DNA of 64,000 nucleotides from a candidate division WOR-3 bacterium (GTDB taxonomy: Bacteria > Hydrothermota > Tepidihabitantia > Tepidihabitantales > Tepidihabitantaceae): assembly GCA_965649295.1 (NCBI GenBank), contig CBFGKH010000009.1, positions 44,284 through 108,283 on the forward strand, written 5' to 3'. This document shows positions 39,749 to 49,353 of this stretch, piece after piece; within the stretch, counting starts at the first letter, position 1, and each line of letters opens with the position of its first letter. The position numbers were made by a program, and so were the translations under genes. The notes below the pieces were generated by a model that saw only the letters and a list, made by a program, of their open reading frames with translations, had not been told where the DNA came from and made no database searches.

Positions 39749-41392
39749 TCACTTCAGTTTGACGACGCGGGCAGTCGTTAGGGGGATGGTTCGGTCGTGC
39801 GTTTCAAGCATACAGACATAGGCTCCTGCCGGTGCTTGATTGCCGGATTCGGTCCGGCCATCCCAGATTACCTCGTTCGGTCGGGTAGGCAAGAGCGTAC
39901 GCACGACATTGCCCGTAGCGTCGCAGACTCTAACAGTCGGGCCAGGTTCGAGGACCGAGTTCCAGCGTAGTGTTACAGTTTGCCCGAATATCGTCGGATT
40001 AGCCATCAAACAGCCGAGCTTGATCGCTAGCGGTTGGGCCGGTGTGTTTACGGCGGTAGCAGTTATCGGTAGTGTGGTATCGTACGGACAGAGATTGGGG
40101 CCGGTAACGACCAACCGAACCCGACCCGTATCCGGTAGTGTAACTTGGAGCTTGATTACACCCAGCGAGTCAGTGTAGCCGTAGCTATAGACGGTTGTAT
40201 CGCTGGCCATTGAGAGACAAGCAAGTGCGCTCTCTCTTGCGACACCGGCAGCGATGACTACGATATCGACACGCTGCAAGCCAGGGAGCAGTGTTGGCGG
40301 ATGGCTTACACTCGGACGCTCCGGTGTCTTCGTCCAGACGCGCAGGGACGGATCGCCGAGCAGATTGAAACCACGGTAGTCGTTAGTGCGTGAGGGGAAC
40401 TCAGTGTATAGCTGCTGCTTGGCTCGCAAGAGCAACTTGCCTAGTGGCAGAATTCCTTCGCTGAAGAGTCCGGTAAAGAAGCCACGAGCTATGGCGCCTC
40501 GAACGCGGGCAACGTTATTGTCACTATGGGTGTTACCGATGAAGGCAACTGCGCCTTTGAGCGCTGAGACCGTCCCGGTCTTTAGCCAAGCCTCGCCAAC
40601 CATTGATTCATTCGGTGTCAAGGTCATCGTGGCACAGGTAGCGGAGAGAATCACAGGCAGTTTGGTGCCGTTGCTAGTCGCGGCGGGATTGACAGCAAAT
40701 GGGTCATACCAGTTGCCGACTGCGCTGCCGCGATAGAGCACAATGCCTCGGCCAGCGTTAATCGCTGACACGACATGGCTAGCTGAATGGCCACGGTAGT
40801 TTGAAAAAGAATCACAGCTTACCCAGCCAGCGGTACGAGCAAGGCTGGCCGCATAGCGGGCGTCATTCCAATAGACTGTGTCGTCGCTATCACCGCCTTC
40901 TCGAACAATCGTCACAAGGCGACGCATCCAGAGCGTGTCAGTCAGGTCCGGATAGCGTTCGTAGGCCAACGTCTTGGCGACCATAACGTCAAGCTGAGCT
41001 GCTGTGCGGGCGGGAAAACGACCAACCGGTAGCTCGGCTCGGAAATCGCCAGTGACATCACCGTAGTTGTTATCGGTAGCGTAGTCGTAGGGCATTGTCC
41101 GATAGTAGACTGCCGGCAGCGAGCTTTGTGAACCGACTAGCAAAACGTACTCGGGCCGCACCGGCCAGTTGTTGTAGGCGTTGCGAATGTAGCTGTGAAT
41201 CGACCCTGTGTCGCTACCAATCGTCGAGAGTTTGACAACCCGCGTCGAGAGCCCAGTAGCATGTTTCCACTGGGCAAGCGGCAGAATTGAGTTGTACAGT
41301 GCGTCAGTGGTTATTATCAGCAGCCGTGCGCCGTCATCGGCAAGAACGGTCGTTGTCAAAATAGCCACCAGGAGAAATGCCAGTCGTTTCAC
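39749..41392 (-). CDS. C25 (gingipain-family) protein with FlgD/T9SS-type C-terminal domain
   Basis: Signal peptide, YVLLVG, VGRFP, K...YE, FNLLGDP, WDGR..G..AG.Y. Confidence 0.85.
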   Translation of the reverse strand: MKRLAFLLVAILTTTVLADDGARLLIITTDALYNSILPLAQWKHATGLSTRVVKLSTIGSDTGSIHSYIRNAYNNWPVRPEYVLLVGSQSSLPAVYYRTMPYDYATDNNYGDVTGDFRAELPVGRFPARTAAQLDVMVAKTLAYERYPDLTDTLWMRRLVTIVREGGDSDDTVYWNDARYAASLARTAGWVSCDSFSNYRGHSASHVVSAINAGRGIVLYRGSAVGNWYDPFAVNPAATSNGTKLPVILSATCATMTLTPNESMVGEAWLKTGTVSALKGAVAFIGNTHSDNNVARVRGAIARGFFTGLFSEGILPLGKLLLRAKQQLYTEFPSRTNDYRGFNLLGDPSLRVWTKTPERPSVSHPPTLLPGLQRVDIVVIAAGVARESALACLSMASDTTVYSYGYTDSLGVIKLQVTLPDTGRVRLVVTGPNLCPYDTTLPITATAVNTPAQPLAIKLGCLMANPTIFGQTVTLRWNSVLEPGPTVRVCDATGNVVRTLLPTRPNEVIWDGRTESGNQAPAGAYVCMLETHDRTIPLTTARVVKLK

Positions 41393-41515
41393 AAAAGCCT
41401 CCGAATCTCTTGCTTTTCATGCAAAGTCGAGAGGCTGACATCCGGTACCGGTTCGACCGGTAGTATCCCATACGTCAGCCTTCGGGGTTATTCTATCACA
41501 ATCAAGCAAGCGAAG

Positions 41516-42217
41516 TCAATAGATGTTGGTAGCCGCACCCTTGATAACGACGAAGGCATCAAGGGTTGCAGCAATCGCGAAGTGAAGAATAGCACAAGGT
41601 ACGAAGCTCTTACCGCGAACGGCAAGAATGCCAAGAACAACGCCAGCGACCACGGAACCAGCGGTTTCTGGCAGGGGTTTGCCGAAGTGGAGAATGGTGA
41701 AGGGAATCAATTGGACGGCGAGAGCAGCGGATACGCCAACCCGGCGGGCGAATCCGAACAGTAGGTAGCCACGAGTAATGAACTCCCATGCGAACATCCC
41801 GACTAACCGGACAAGCTGTGCTAGGAGAAAACCCGTAGGCAGCACGCGGGCAAAACTAAAGTAGGGATACACCCGCGAGAACTGCGGCTGCTTGGCTGCC
41901 CAGAGTAGAATCGGCAGCATCAGTATGTAGAGGAGGAGGACGTCAGCTAGCCACTTGCGCCAGGTGCCTACGCGTAAGCCCACAGCACGAGGGGTGAGTC
42001 GCAACAATGGCAGACTAAGCACCGGGATGATCAAGAAAATTGCGCTGCGGATTAACATCCTTATTGCAGGTCGCGCAGCCGGGTCAGTTTTCAACGGTAT
42101 GCGAAAGTAGTGTTCGGTTATGAGAGTAATAGACACGACGGCGGCGATTACCAACAGGTCGGGATACTCGGCAATGGTCTGTCGGATGTCAGCCCAGAAG
42201 CTTCTAAAGTAGTGCAT
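41516..42217 (-). CDS. CPBP (Abi/CAAX) family intramembrane metalloprotease
   Basis: Multi-TM; WEFITRG, F..LHFGKP..E, H motifs. Confidence 0.82.
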   Translation of the reverse strand: MHYFRSFWADIRQTIAEYPDLLVIAAVVSITLITEHYFRIPLKTDPAARPAIRMLIRSAIFLIIPVLSLPLLRLTPRAVGLRVGTWRKWLADVLLLYILMLPILLWAAKQPQFSRVYPYFSFARVLPTGFLLAQLVRLVGMFAWEFITRGYLLFGFARRVGVSAALAVQLIPFTILHFGKPLPETAGSVVAGVVLGILAVRGKSFVPCAILHFAIAATLDAFVVIKGAATNIY

Positions 42218-42337
42218 AGGTTTCAGGTTCGCAGATGGCCGAGCTGCAGCGAATTAGTTGCACGCGACGTCTATTGTCAAGGTATGCGTCAAACGAAAGA
42301 ACGGAGCTAGCGATGACTGGCGGGGTTGGCGTTGAAT

Positions 42338-43885
42338 TCAGGCTATTTGGTAGACGCTGTCGAGAACTGTGCCGTCAATCCATTTCACTACGGCCACAAC
42401 TTTGTCGGTGAGTTTCGGTCGGCTCGGTTTGCCGCAGATTCGTTCAACTTCTGCCTTGATGTCTTCGATTGGCCGAATCGGCAGGCCCTTGCCCTTGGTT
42501 GATTCGATGAGATCGGGGCGAAGGGGGTTGATGGCAATGCCTAGTTCAGTGACAACAACGTCAACGAGCTCGCCTGGTGAACACAGGGTTGTGACTTCGT
42601 CAACAATGATTGGCATACGGTCGCGCATCGCCGGTACGGATAGTATTGTGCAGCGGGCGTTCATGCAGTTTTGCCAGCCGCCAATACCGTGACGCAATCG
42701 ACCATCAGAGTGCGTTACGACGTTCGCATTGAAGCTGGTATCAACCTCGGTAGCGCCGAGAACGGCCACATCAAGTAGGTTGATGTAGTTGCCCTTGGCG
42801 TGATAGTTGTAGCTGATGAGTGGTGTCGTTGAGACATGGCCACGGTTGACGGCGATCGAGTGAACCGCGTCGAGATCAAAAGCCTGACCGTCAATCAACG
42901 CAGAGGTCAGGCCCTGTTCGAGCATCTCAACAAGATAGCGAGTTGTGCCGCCGTGAATCCAGCTTGCCTTGACGCCGGCATCGCGCATCATTTCAGCGAG
43001 GAAGATTGCGAAAGCAAGGGAGACGCCGCCGGCTCCGCCCTGGAAACTAAATCCGTCACGCATGATTCCGGCATCGCGGATAAACCTTGCTGTTAGCTCG
43101 GCAATATAGAGCCGATCCGGGCTGCGAGTGATCTGGGTCGTGCCGGAAACAATTCTTTTGGGGTCACCGATTGAATCGGTCTGGACAACATAGTCGATGT
43201 ATGAACCATGGAGTTGTATCGGTATGCAGGGGAAAGGTACAAGATTGTTGGTGACGATGATACTGCGATCGGCGTACATCGTGTCCGGAACGGCGTAGCC
43301 AAGAACGCCACAAGCAGCCTCGCCCTGAATCCCATTTGCGTTGCCAAAACAGTCGGCTGCCGGCGCCGCAAGCACAGCGATATCGATGTGGACTTCGCCA
43401 TCCTGAATCGCTTGTGCCCGGCCGCCGTGGGAGCGAAGTACACCAAGGCCGCGCATCCTGCCTTGTGTGCAGTAGTCACCGAGCGGGCCGTTGAGACTGC
43501 CTTCAACGTGATGTATGACACCGGAATCAAGGTGTTTCGTGATCGGTGCGTGGCACGGGAACGCGGCCGACGGGTACCAGACGAGGTCTCTTAGGCCCAT
43601 CTCAGCGCAGATGTCGAAAAGCTGCAACGCGAGAGTGTCGCCGTCTCGAAAGTGATGATGGGTCGAAATGGTCATTCCGTCCCGAATTCCACACTTCTCC
43701 AACGCCGTGCGCAGGTCAGGTAGGACTTTGTTGCCGTCTTCTGGATAGTCAATGCAGGTCGGAATTGGTGGGCAGGCCTTGCGACCGGCTGGGCGGTACT
43801 TGCCTACTCCGGCGAAGGGAACTGCCGGCTTACCATTGACTTCAGTGGGTACAGGCCGCCCCAAAGCGTTCCTGACGATAGTCAT
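42338..43885 (-). CDS. citF: Citrate lyase alpha subunit-like acyl/CoA transferase
   Basis: GMTIS.HHHFR.GD, RSHGGR, FSFQ.G.GG, A.EVD..FN.NV, GIGG, DGTVLD.VYQ; real start ATG 43885 overlaps the upstream stop (ATGA). Confidence 0.9.
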   Translation of the reverse strand: MTIVRNALGRPVPTEVNGKPAVPFAGVGKYRPAGRKACPPIPTCIDYPEDGNKVLPDLRTALEKCGIRDGMTISTHHHFRDGDTLALQLFDICAEMGLRDLVWYPSAAFPCHAPITKHLDSGVIHHVEGSLNGPLGDYCTQGRMRGLGVLRSHGGRAQAIQDGEVHIDIAVLAAPAADCFGNANGIQGEAACGVLGYAVPDTMYADRSIIVTNNLVPFPCIPIQLHGSYIDYVVQTDSIGDPKRIVSGTTQITRSPDRLYIAELTARFIRDAGIMRDGFSFQGGAGGVSLAFAIFLAEMMRDAGVKASWIHGGTTRYLVEMLEQGLTSALIDGQAFDLDAVHSIAVNRGHVSTTPLISYNYHAKGNYINLLDVAVLGATEVDTSFNANVVTHSDGRLRHGIGGWQNCMNARCTILSVPAMRDRMPIIVDEVTTLCSPGELVDVVVTELGIAINPLRPDLIESTKGKGLPIRPIEDIKAEVERICGKPSRPKLTDKVVAVVKWIDGTVLDSVYQIA

Positions 43886-45102
43886 TGCGTCTCCTTGAGC
43901 CAGTCTGCGTCCAGGCAACCGCAGCTGATTGCTAGTTCGATTGTGCGTATCGCCCGTCTGACTACCGGTGTATCGATCATTTTCGAACCGACACTTACAG
44001 CCCCGAGGCCGCGCGTTTGAGCTTTGTTGTAGGCGCGTACAATTTCCTGGGCCTTTTCGATCTCGAATCGAGTAGGGGTGAACGCTCTGTGGACCACGGC
44101 AATCTGACGCGGGTGTATGCAACCTTTGCCTTCAAAACCCATCTCTTTGGCAGTGATACAGCTGAGTTCAAGCGTCTTCATGTCATCAACGTCGGCAAAG
44201 ACAGTGTCAATAGCCTGAACTCCCGCGGCTCTGGCAGCATTGACAATTTGTGATCTGGCCCAGAGGCTTTCCAGCCCGGCTGCAGTTTTTGTTCCTCCGA
44301 GATCAGCAATGTAGTCCTCGAGTCCGTAAGTCAATGCGCAGATGCGCTTGGAAGCGCTGGCTATTTCACGGGCACGAAACATTCCCTCGCAACTCTCGAT
44401 AATCGGCATTAAGAAGACATCTGAGTGTGACCGGCGTGCTACCGTTTGAGCGGTTGCGACGTGTTCATCGACAGCGATAACCTGTTCCGGGGTCTCGCAC
44501 TTAGGAATGAGGATGACATTGGCACCAGCCTGGACAATCGTGTCGATTTCATCGAGTCCGCGCGGCAGCTGATTGATTCTCACCATCCGTTCGCATGAAC
44601 CGAAATCAACTGCCCGCAGTGCGTTACGGACAAGAACCAGGGCTGCGTCTTTCTCAGCTGGCGGTACCGAGTCCTCGAGGTCGAGAATAATAGCGTCAGG
44701 CTGGTGGATGCGGGCATTGAGCATGAATTTGGGCTCATTGCCCGGCAGATACAGTCTTGTGCGGCGCCAGCGCTCCTTGTTTGTCGGCCTGCCCATTGTC
44801 GGCCCGGGCTCAGGTAGGTACTCGGGAACCTTACACCCAGGAAATGCTCGCCGGACGGCCGTTTCAAGTCGAGCCATAATGACAAATGGCAAAGCACCGG
44901 TGTCCTCAGCCGCAACACGACAGTGGTTGACACCTAGCGCGCTCAGTTCGGTCATGATAAGCTCGCGATTGGGCTGGCCGTACATGAAGTCAACTTTGCT
45001 CTTCAGTTCCAGTTCGATGCCGCCGCTGTCACGGGGTTCGACCTCGATCCAGATATCGCTGCGTACGTCCGGTCCGCGTCGGCCCGCCGATGCTATAGCC
45101 AT
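43882..45102 (-). CDS. Fused citrate lyase ACP (CitD)-like and citryl-CoA lyase (CitE)-like protein
   Basis: N-terminal AG..SD...ELKSKV...YG...D.GAL...I.AR.ETAV.R; then RRTRLYLPGN, DLEDSV, RIN, PK, IIES, G.ED, GK.CIHP.Q, MID.PV. Confidence 0.88.
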   Translation of the reverse strand: MAIASAGRRGPDVRSDIWIEVEPRDSGGIELELKSKVDFMYGQPNRELIMTELSALGVNHCRVAAEDTGALPFVIMARLETAVRRAFPGCKVPEYLPEPGPTMGRPTNKERWRRTRLYLPGNEPKFMLNARIHQPDAIILDLEDSVPPAEKDAALVLVRNALRAVDFGSCERMVRINQLPRGLDEIDTIVQAGANVILIPKCETPEQVIAVDEHVATAQTVARRSHSDVFLMPIIESCEGMFRAREIASASKRICALTYGLEDYIADLGGTKTAAGLESLWARSQIVNAARAAGVQAIDTVFADVDDMKTLELSCITAKEMGFEGKGCIHPRQIAVVHRAFTPTRFEIEKAQEIVRAYNKAQTRGLGAVSVGSKMIDTPVVRRAIRTIELAISCGCLDADWLKETQ

Positions 45103-45594
45103 CTATGCGCCCTTCCGCGTCCTGAGTTTGGCGCGAGTGAATTCGAGCAGGCCGCCTGCACGAGTGATTGCCAATATCTCTTCGGGTAGCCTGGGAAAAG
45201 AGTAGATGTCATTGCCGATCTTGATGGTGCCAGCGGCGGCATCAAGCTGAACAGGCAGGCCTGGATGATAAGCCTCGACTGCTGCCGGGGCTTCGACCAG
45301 CAGCAAGCCTTGATTAATGGCAGCCCGGTAAAAGATGCGGGCGAAACTCTTCGCAACAATCGCTTGGATGCCCACTGCCTTCAGCCCAACAACCGGTTGT
45401 TCGCGTGAGGAACCACAACCGAAGTTTCTGCCGGCGATGATGATATCACCAGCCTGAACTTCTTTAGCAAATGTCGGATCAAGGTCTTCGAGAAGGCGCG
45501 GCTTGATTTCCTCGGGCTTGGCACAGGTGTAGGTGTATTTGCCCGGAAACAGCATGTCGGTGTTGATATCGTCACCGTAATGCCAGACTTTCAT
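45103..45594 (-). CDS. LeuD/HacB-family dehydratase small subunit
   Basis: GDDINTD..FPG.Y, NFGCGSSRE, SFARIFYR.AIN.G, GGL. Confidence 0.92.
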   Translation of the reverse strand: MKVWHYGDDINTDMLFPGKYTYTCAKPEEIKPRLLEDLDPTFAKEVQAGDIIIAGRNFGCGSSREQPVVGLKAVGIQAIVAKSFARIFYRAAINQGLLLVEAPAAVEAYHPGLPVQLDAAAGTIKIGNDIYSFPRLPEEILAITRAGGLLEFTRAKLRTRKGA

Positions 45595-45595
45595 C

Positions 45596-46858
45596 TTAGG
45601 CCACCTTTCGCGGGTCAGTCAGTTTACCGGTGATGGCAGTCGCCGCGACCGTGGCTGGGCTTGCAAGGTAAACCTCCGCGTCCTTGCAACCCATGCGGCC
45701 CTTGAAGTTGCGGTTCGACGTCGAAAGGCAACGCTCGCCAGGCGCGAGGACACCTTGGTGGGCCCCCAGACAAGGACCGCAGCCCGGCGGCAGCAGGACT
45801 GCACCGGCAGCAACCAGCGTCTGTATGTCACCAGCGTCGAGAGCTTTGTTTAGTTCGCTACGTGAGGCCGGCAGAATTAACAGACGAGTATTGGGAGAAA
45901 CTTGTTTGCCTTGGAGAATGCGAGCAGCAACCGCGATGTCACTCGCGCGGCCATTGGTACACGTACCAATGAGGCACTGGTGAATCTCAAGACCTTCAAG
46001 GTCGGTAACCGGTCGGTAGTTGTCAACCTTATGAGGCGCTGCTACCGCTGGAACAATTCTGTTCAGTTCGAATTCGAGCTCCTGGCGGTAGCTCGCTCCC
46101 GGATCGGCCCATTCTGCGTTCCAGGAGATCCGGGTGATGCCGCTTCCGGCGAGATAGCCCTTAGTGACTTCGTCAACAGGAAAGACCGCATTCTTCGCGC
46201 CCATCTCCACGCCCATGTTGGCAATTACGAACCGGTCGTCCATCGTCAAGTTTCCGATTTCGCCCCAGTACTCGACTGAACAATAATCAGCGCCGTCAGC
46301 GCCGAGTTGGCCGATGATCGTCAAAACAAGGTCCTTGGCCGAGACCATTTCTGGTAGTCGGCCCCTAAGCGTTATGCGAATTGTCTCGGGTACCTTGAAC
46401 CATGTCTCGCCAGTCAACAGTAGAGCCGCAGCTTCGGTTCGGTCAATCCCCGTCGCAAAGGCATTCACCGCACCGTATGAGCAGGTGTGTGAATCAGAAC
46501 CAACCGCAAGCATACCGGGTAAAACCAGACCTTTTTCGACCATAACCTGGTGACAGACACCGGTACCGATATCGAAGAAGTTCTTGATTCCGTATTGCTT
46601 GACGAATTCACGAATTCGCTGATGACTCATAGCTGTCTTTTCGTCGGACGCAGGAACGACGTGATCGAGGACGATGACCGGCTGATTAGGATCAGCGACT
46701 CCAAACTCAGTGAGGTCATTAGCAATCTTGCCAACGATAGCGGCAGCATTGTCATGCATCAGCAACCGATCCGGCTTACATGTTACAAGCTCACCGGCGT
46801 GTGTTTCCTTTCTGCCGGCCTTACGCGCCAGCACCTTTTCGGCAAATGTCATTGGCAT
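45596..46858 (-). CDS. LeuC/HacA-family dehydratase large subunit
   Basis: HD, DH, GVCHQV, GSDSHT, GTCTNGR, CGPC.G, STSNRNF.GRMG. Confidence 0.93.
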   Translation of the reverse strand: MPMTFAEKVLARKAGRKETHAGELVTCKPDRLLMHDNAAAIVGKIANDLTEFGVADPNQPVIVLDHVVPASDEKTAMSHQRIREFVKQYGIKNFFDIGTGVCHQVMVEKGLVLPGMLAVGSDSHTCSYGAVNAFATGIDRTEAAALLLTGETWFKVPETIRITLRGRLPEMVSAKDLVLTIIGQLGADGADYCSVEYWGEIGNLTMDDRFVIANMGVEMGAKNAVFPVDEVTKGYLAGSGITRISWNAEWADPGASYRQELEFELNRIVPAVAAPHKVDNYRPVTDLEGLEIHQCLIGTCTNGRASDIAVAARILQGKQVSPNTRLLILPASRSELNKALDAGDIQTLVAAGAVLLPPGCGPCLGAHQGVLAPGERCLSTSNRNFKGRMGCKDAEVYLASPATVAATAITGKLTDPRKVA

Positions 46859-46902
46859 CGGGTTCCTCTTTTCTTGAACTACTGGTCAGCCCGGATGAGC
46901 AG

Positions 46903-46930
46903 ATTATAGGGCCTAGCCAGCGACTGGCAA
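46903..46930 (-). promoter_or_regulatory. Internal promoter TTGCCA-N16-TATAAT driving the leuC-leuD-citDE-citF-like genes
   Basis: Perfect -10 in the 108-nt gap; GAGGA SD downstream. Confidence 0.6.
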
Positions 46931-46966
46931 GGCCTGGAGGGTTGCCCCGGGGTTGTGTATTCTTGT

Positions 46967-48766
46967 TCAGCCGAGTAGGCCTCCACGCCGATAGATGTCA
47001 AGCTGAGCCTTAGCGAACGGCCGTCCCTGAACTCGCTGCCCCGTACGTTTGATGACAATCTCACCGGTTTCAAGATTCGCACTGACCTCGTCGCCATTCC
47101 TTACGCCCGCATTCACCAGGTCAGCTATCATCACTGGCAGGGCGACATTGACCGCATTGCGAAAGTAGATGGCGCCGTACGACTTCGCGATAATTAAGCT
47201 GATACCGAGGCTGAGGAGGCAGTCCACTGCCTGCTGGCGCGATGACCCGGCACCGAAGTTTGCGCCAGTGACGATAATGTCGCCCGGCCTAGCCTTTTTG
47301 GCGAAGTCCTCCCAGCCCGGCAGGTTGTCGAATGTGTACTTACCCATTTCTCTGCGGTCAGTGATGGCTAAATAGCGGTTGTGAAATATCATATCGGTGT
47401 CGATATTGTCACGATCGATTACCCAGACCCGGCCAGTGATAACGGTTGGGCGAGGACCGGACGCCGGTCGGCCTGATTCTGATGCCCTGGTTGAGCCGGC
47501 GTCAACAGTGAAAACCGCTGGTGTGGCCGGTATGGTATCGGCAGTCGTGATGATGCCGGCAACAGCCGACGCGGCCGCGGTAGCGGGTGAACAAAGCCAG
47601 ACTTCGCCCTTGCCCTGCTTGCCAGTGAAATTGCGATTGCCAGTTGAGACAGTAATTTCCCCAGGCCCGTTCTGGCCAATTTGACCGGCAGCGCATCCAG
47701 CGCAGCCGGCGTTGCCGATGAGTGCACCGGCCTTCTTGAATACTTCGAGTAGGCCGTTATGCATGCACCTCTGCCAAATAGCATCAGTCGCAGGTACGAC
47801 TTTTAGGACGACACCGGGCGCGACCTGGCGTCCGGTGAGAATCTGGGCGGCGGCCATGAGGTCAGAGAGACGTCCATTAGTACATGAGCCGATGAAGGCT
47901 GAGTCAATCTTGCGGCCGGCGACAGTGCCGACCTCGACCACATCTTCAGGATGACCTGGACGAGAAATGAGTGGCTTGAGACCGGCTAGGTCAAGCCGTT
48001 CGACCCGGGCATACTTTGCATCACCATCAGCATTGACAGGCATTGCCTTGCGGCCGGTTCGTTCCGTGCAGTAGTCAATGATTTCATCGTTGGGAGGAAA
48101 GAGAATGATTATCGCTCCCATTTCGGTGCCGAGCGAGGAGATTGTTATGCGGCCGTCAAGGTTGAGACGGTCAGCATAGTTGCCGTAGACCTCAGCAGCA
48201 TAGCCGAGCAGACCGTCGGCGCCGAAGTGCCGGAGCAAAGCAAGTCCGACATCCTTCGGGGTGATTGCGGGGTTGGGCTCACCGATAAGTTCGATTCGGA
48301 TCGTCGGTGGAACCTCGAACCAGACTTTGCCGTAGGCCCAAGCGTGAGCAATATCCTGATCGCCCATGCCTTGACCAAAGGCGCCAATGGCGCCGAGGAT
48401 GTTAGCGTGTGAGTCGGTTGAGACCAGTGTTTCGCCTGGACCAACTAGGCCTTCATCAATTGCTAAGTGCGTGCCAATGCCGGCGTTAATATCATAAATG
48501 CGGATTCCATGCCTGCGGGCGAATAGGCGACAGAGTTGCTGATTAGCCGCATACTTCTGGTCTGATCCGGTAGGATTGCAATCAAAGGTGAAGAATGTCC
48601 TTTTCGGGTCAGCAATGCCCAGATTGTGTTCTTCAAGCGCCTGGACGACATTGGCACCCCCAAAATCGCGTGCCACGCGTGCATCAATTTCCAGCTCGAC
48701 GATGTCACCGGGCGCAACCGACTTACCACAATGGGCGGCGATAATCTTTTCGACAATCGTGGCCAT
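46967..48766 (-). CDS. Fused large+small aconitase-family (LeuC-LeuD type) dehydratase
   Basis: DSH, GSCTNGR, GCAGC, STGNRNF.GKQG, linker, then DNIDTD, NFGAGSSR, GGLL swivel domain. Confidence 0.9.
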   Translation of the reverse strand: MATIVEKIIAAHCGKSVAPGDIVELEIDARVARDFGGANVVQALEEHNLGIADPKRTFFTFDCNPTGSDQKYAANQQLCRLFARRHGIRIYDINAGIGTHLAIDEGLVGPGETLVSTDSHANILGAIGAFGQGMGDQDIAHAWAYGKVWFEVPPTIRIELIGEPNPAITPKDVGLALLRHFGADGLLGYAAEVYGNYADRLNLDGRITISSLGTEMGAIIILFPPNDEIIDYCTERTGRKAMPVNADGDAKYARVERLDLAGLKPLISRPGHPEDVVEVGTVAGRKIDSAFIGSCTNGRLSDLMAAAQILTGRQVAPGVVLKVVPATDAIWQRCMHNGLLEVFKKAGALIGNAGCAGCAAGQIGQNGPGEITVSTGNRNFTGKQGKGEVWLCSPATAAASAVAGIITTADTIPATPAVFTVDAGSTRASESGRPASGPRPTVITGRVWVIDRDNIDTDMIFHNRYLAITDRREMGKYTFDNLPGWEDFAKKARPGDIIVTGANFGAGSSRQQAVDCLLSLGISLIIAKSYGAIYFRNAVNVALPVMIADLVNAGVRNGDEVSANLETGEIVIKRTGQRVQGRPFAKAQLDIYRRGGLLG

Positions 48767-48768
48767 GG

Positions 48769-49344
48769 CTACTGTAGTAGTTGACCCTTGTCGAGCATGA
48801 CTAACGGATCGAATGTTGCGAAGTCGGCCTGGTGAATAAGCACTGTTTCCACGACCTTGGGCGCGCCTTCACCCTCTTTAGCATGGCAGGCGATGGTGTT
48901 GACGATATCATCAGGCAGACCTACCTGAGCAGCCAGAATCGCTCCGGAAATGGGGTGTCGTGCATACATCCCGCGAGAGCTCTTGCGATAGCCGCCTTTA
49001 CCGTCCTTTTCCGTTTCAATAAGTTTCCCCACGTCATGGAGCAGGCCGCCGGCAATGAGCCGGTCCATGTTGATCTTGTACGGCATTTGCCTGTAGGCAT
49101 TCTCCTGCGCGTCAGCTAGAGCACAGGCTCCTTCGGTCACAGCAATGGTATGTTCTATCAGGCTGATGCCGTAGGTCTTGGTGAGCAAGGTGAAGGGAAG
49201 CTTGTGCAGTTCCTCAATTGAAGTCCAGTTACCCTGTCGGCAGCCCTCAAGCCAGGTTTGAACCACCTTCTGGCGAATTTCCTTGTCCCCAATCTCGTTC
49301 AACTGATCCAGGAAGACTTCCTCGATTTGACTAGCGGTGATCAT
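48769..49344 (-). CDS. HD-domain metal-dependent phosphohydrolase
   Basis: EH...LLHDVGK...H...CH...HQAD. Confidence 0.88.
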   Translation of the reverse strand: MITASQIEEVFLDQLNEIGDKEIRQKVVQTWLEGCRQGNWTSIEELHKLPFTLLTKTYGISLIEHTIAVTEGACALADAQENAYRQMPYKINMDRLIAGGLLHDVGKLIETEKDGKGGYRKSSRGMYARHPISGAILAAQVGLPDDIVNTIACHAKEGEGAPKVVETVLIHQADFATFDPLVMLDKGQLLQ

Positions 49345-49353
49345 CTCTCTTCC

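Noticed and set aside
43886..44122. 79-aa N-terminal extension of CitF in the ORF track
   Set aside because: It overlaps the citE part; the homologous start is ATG 43885 with ATGA coupling.
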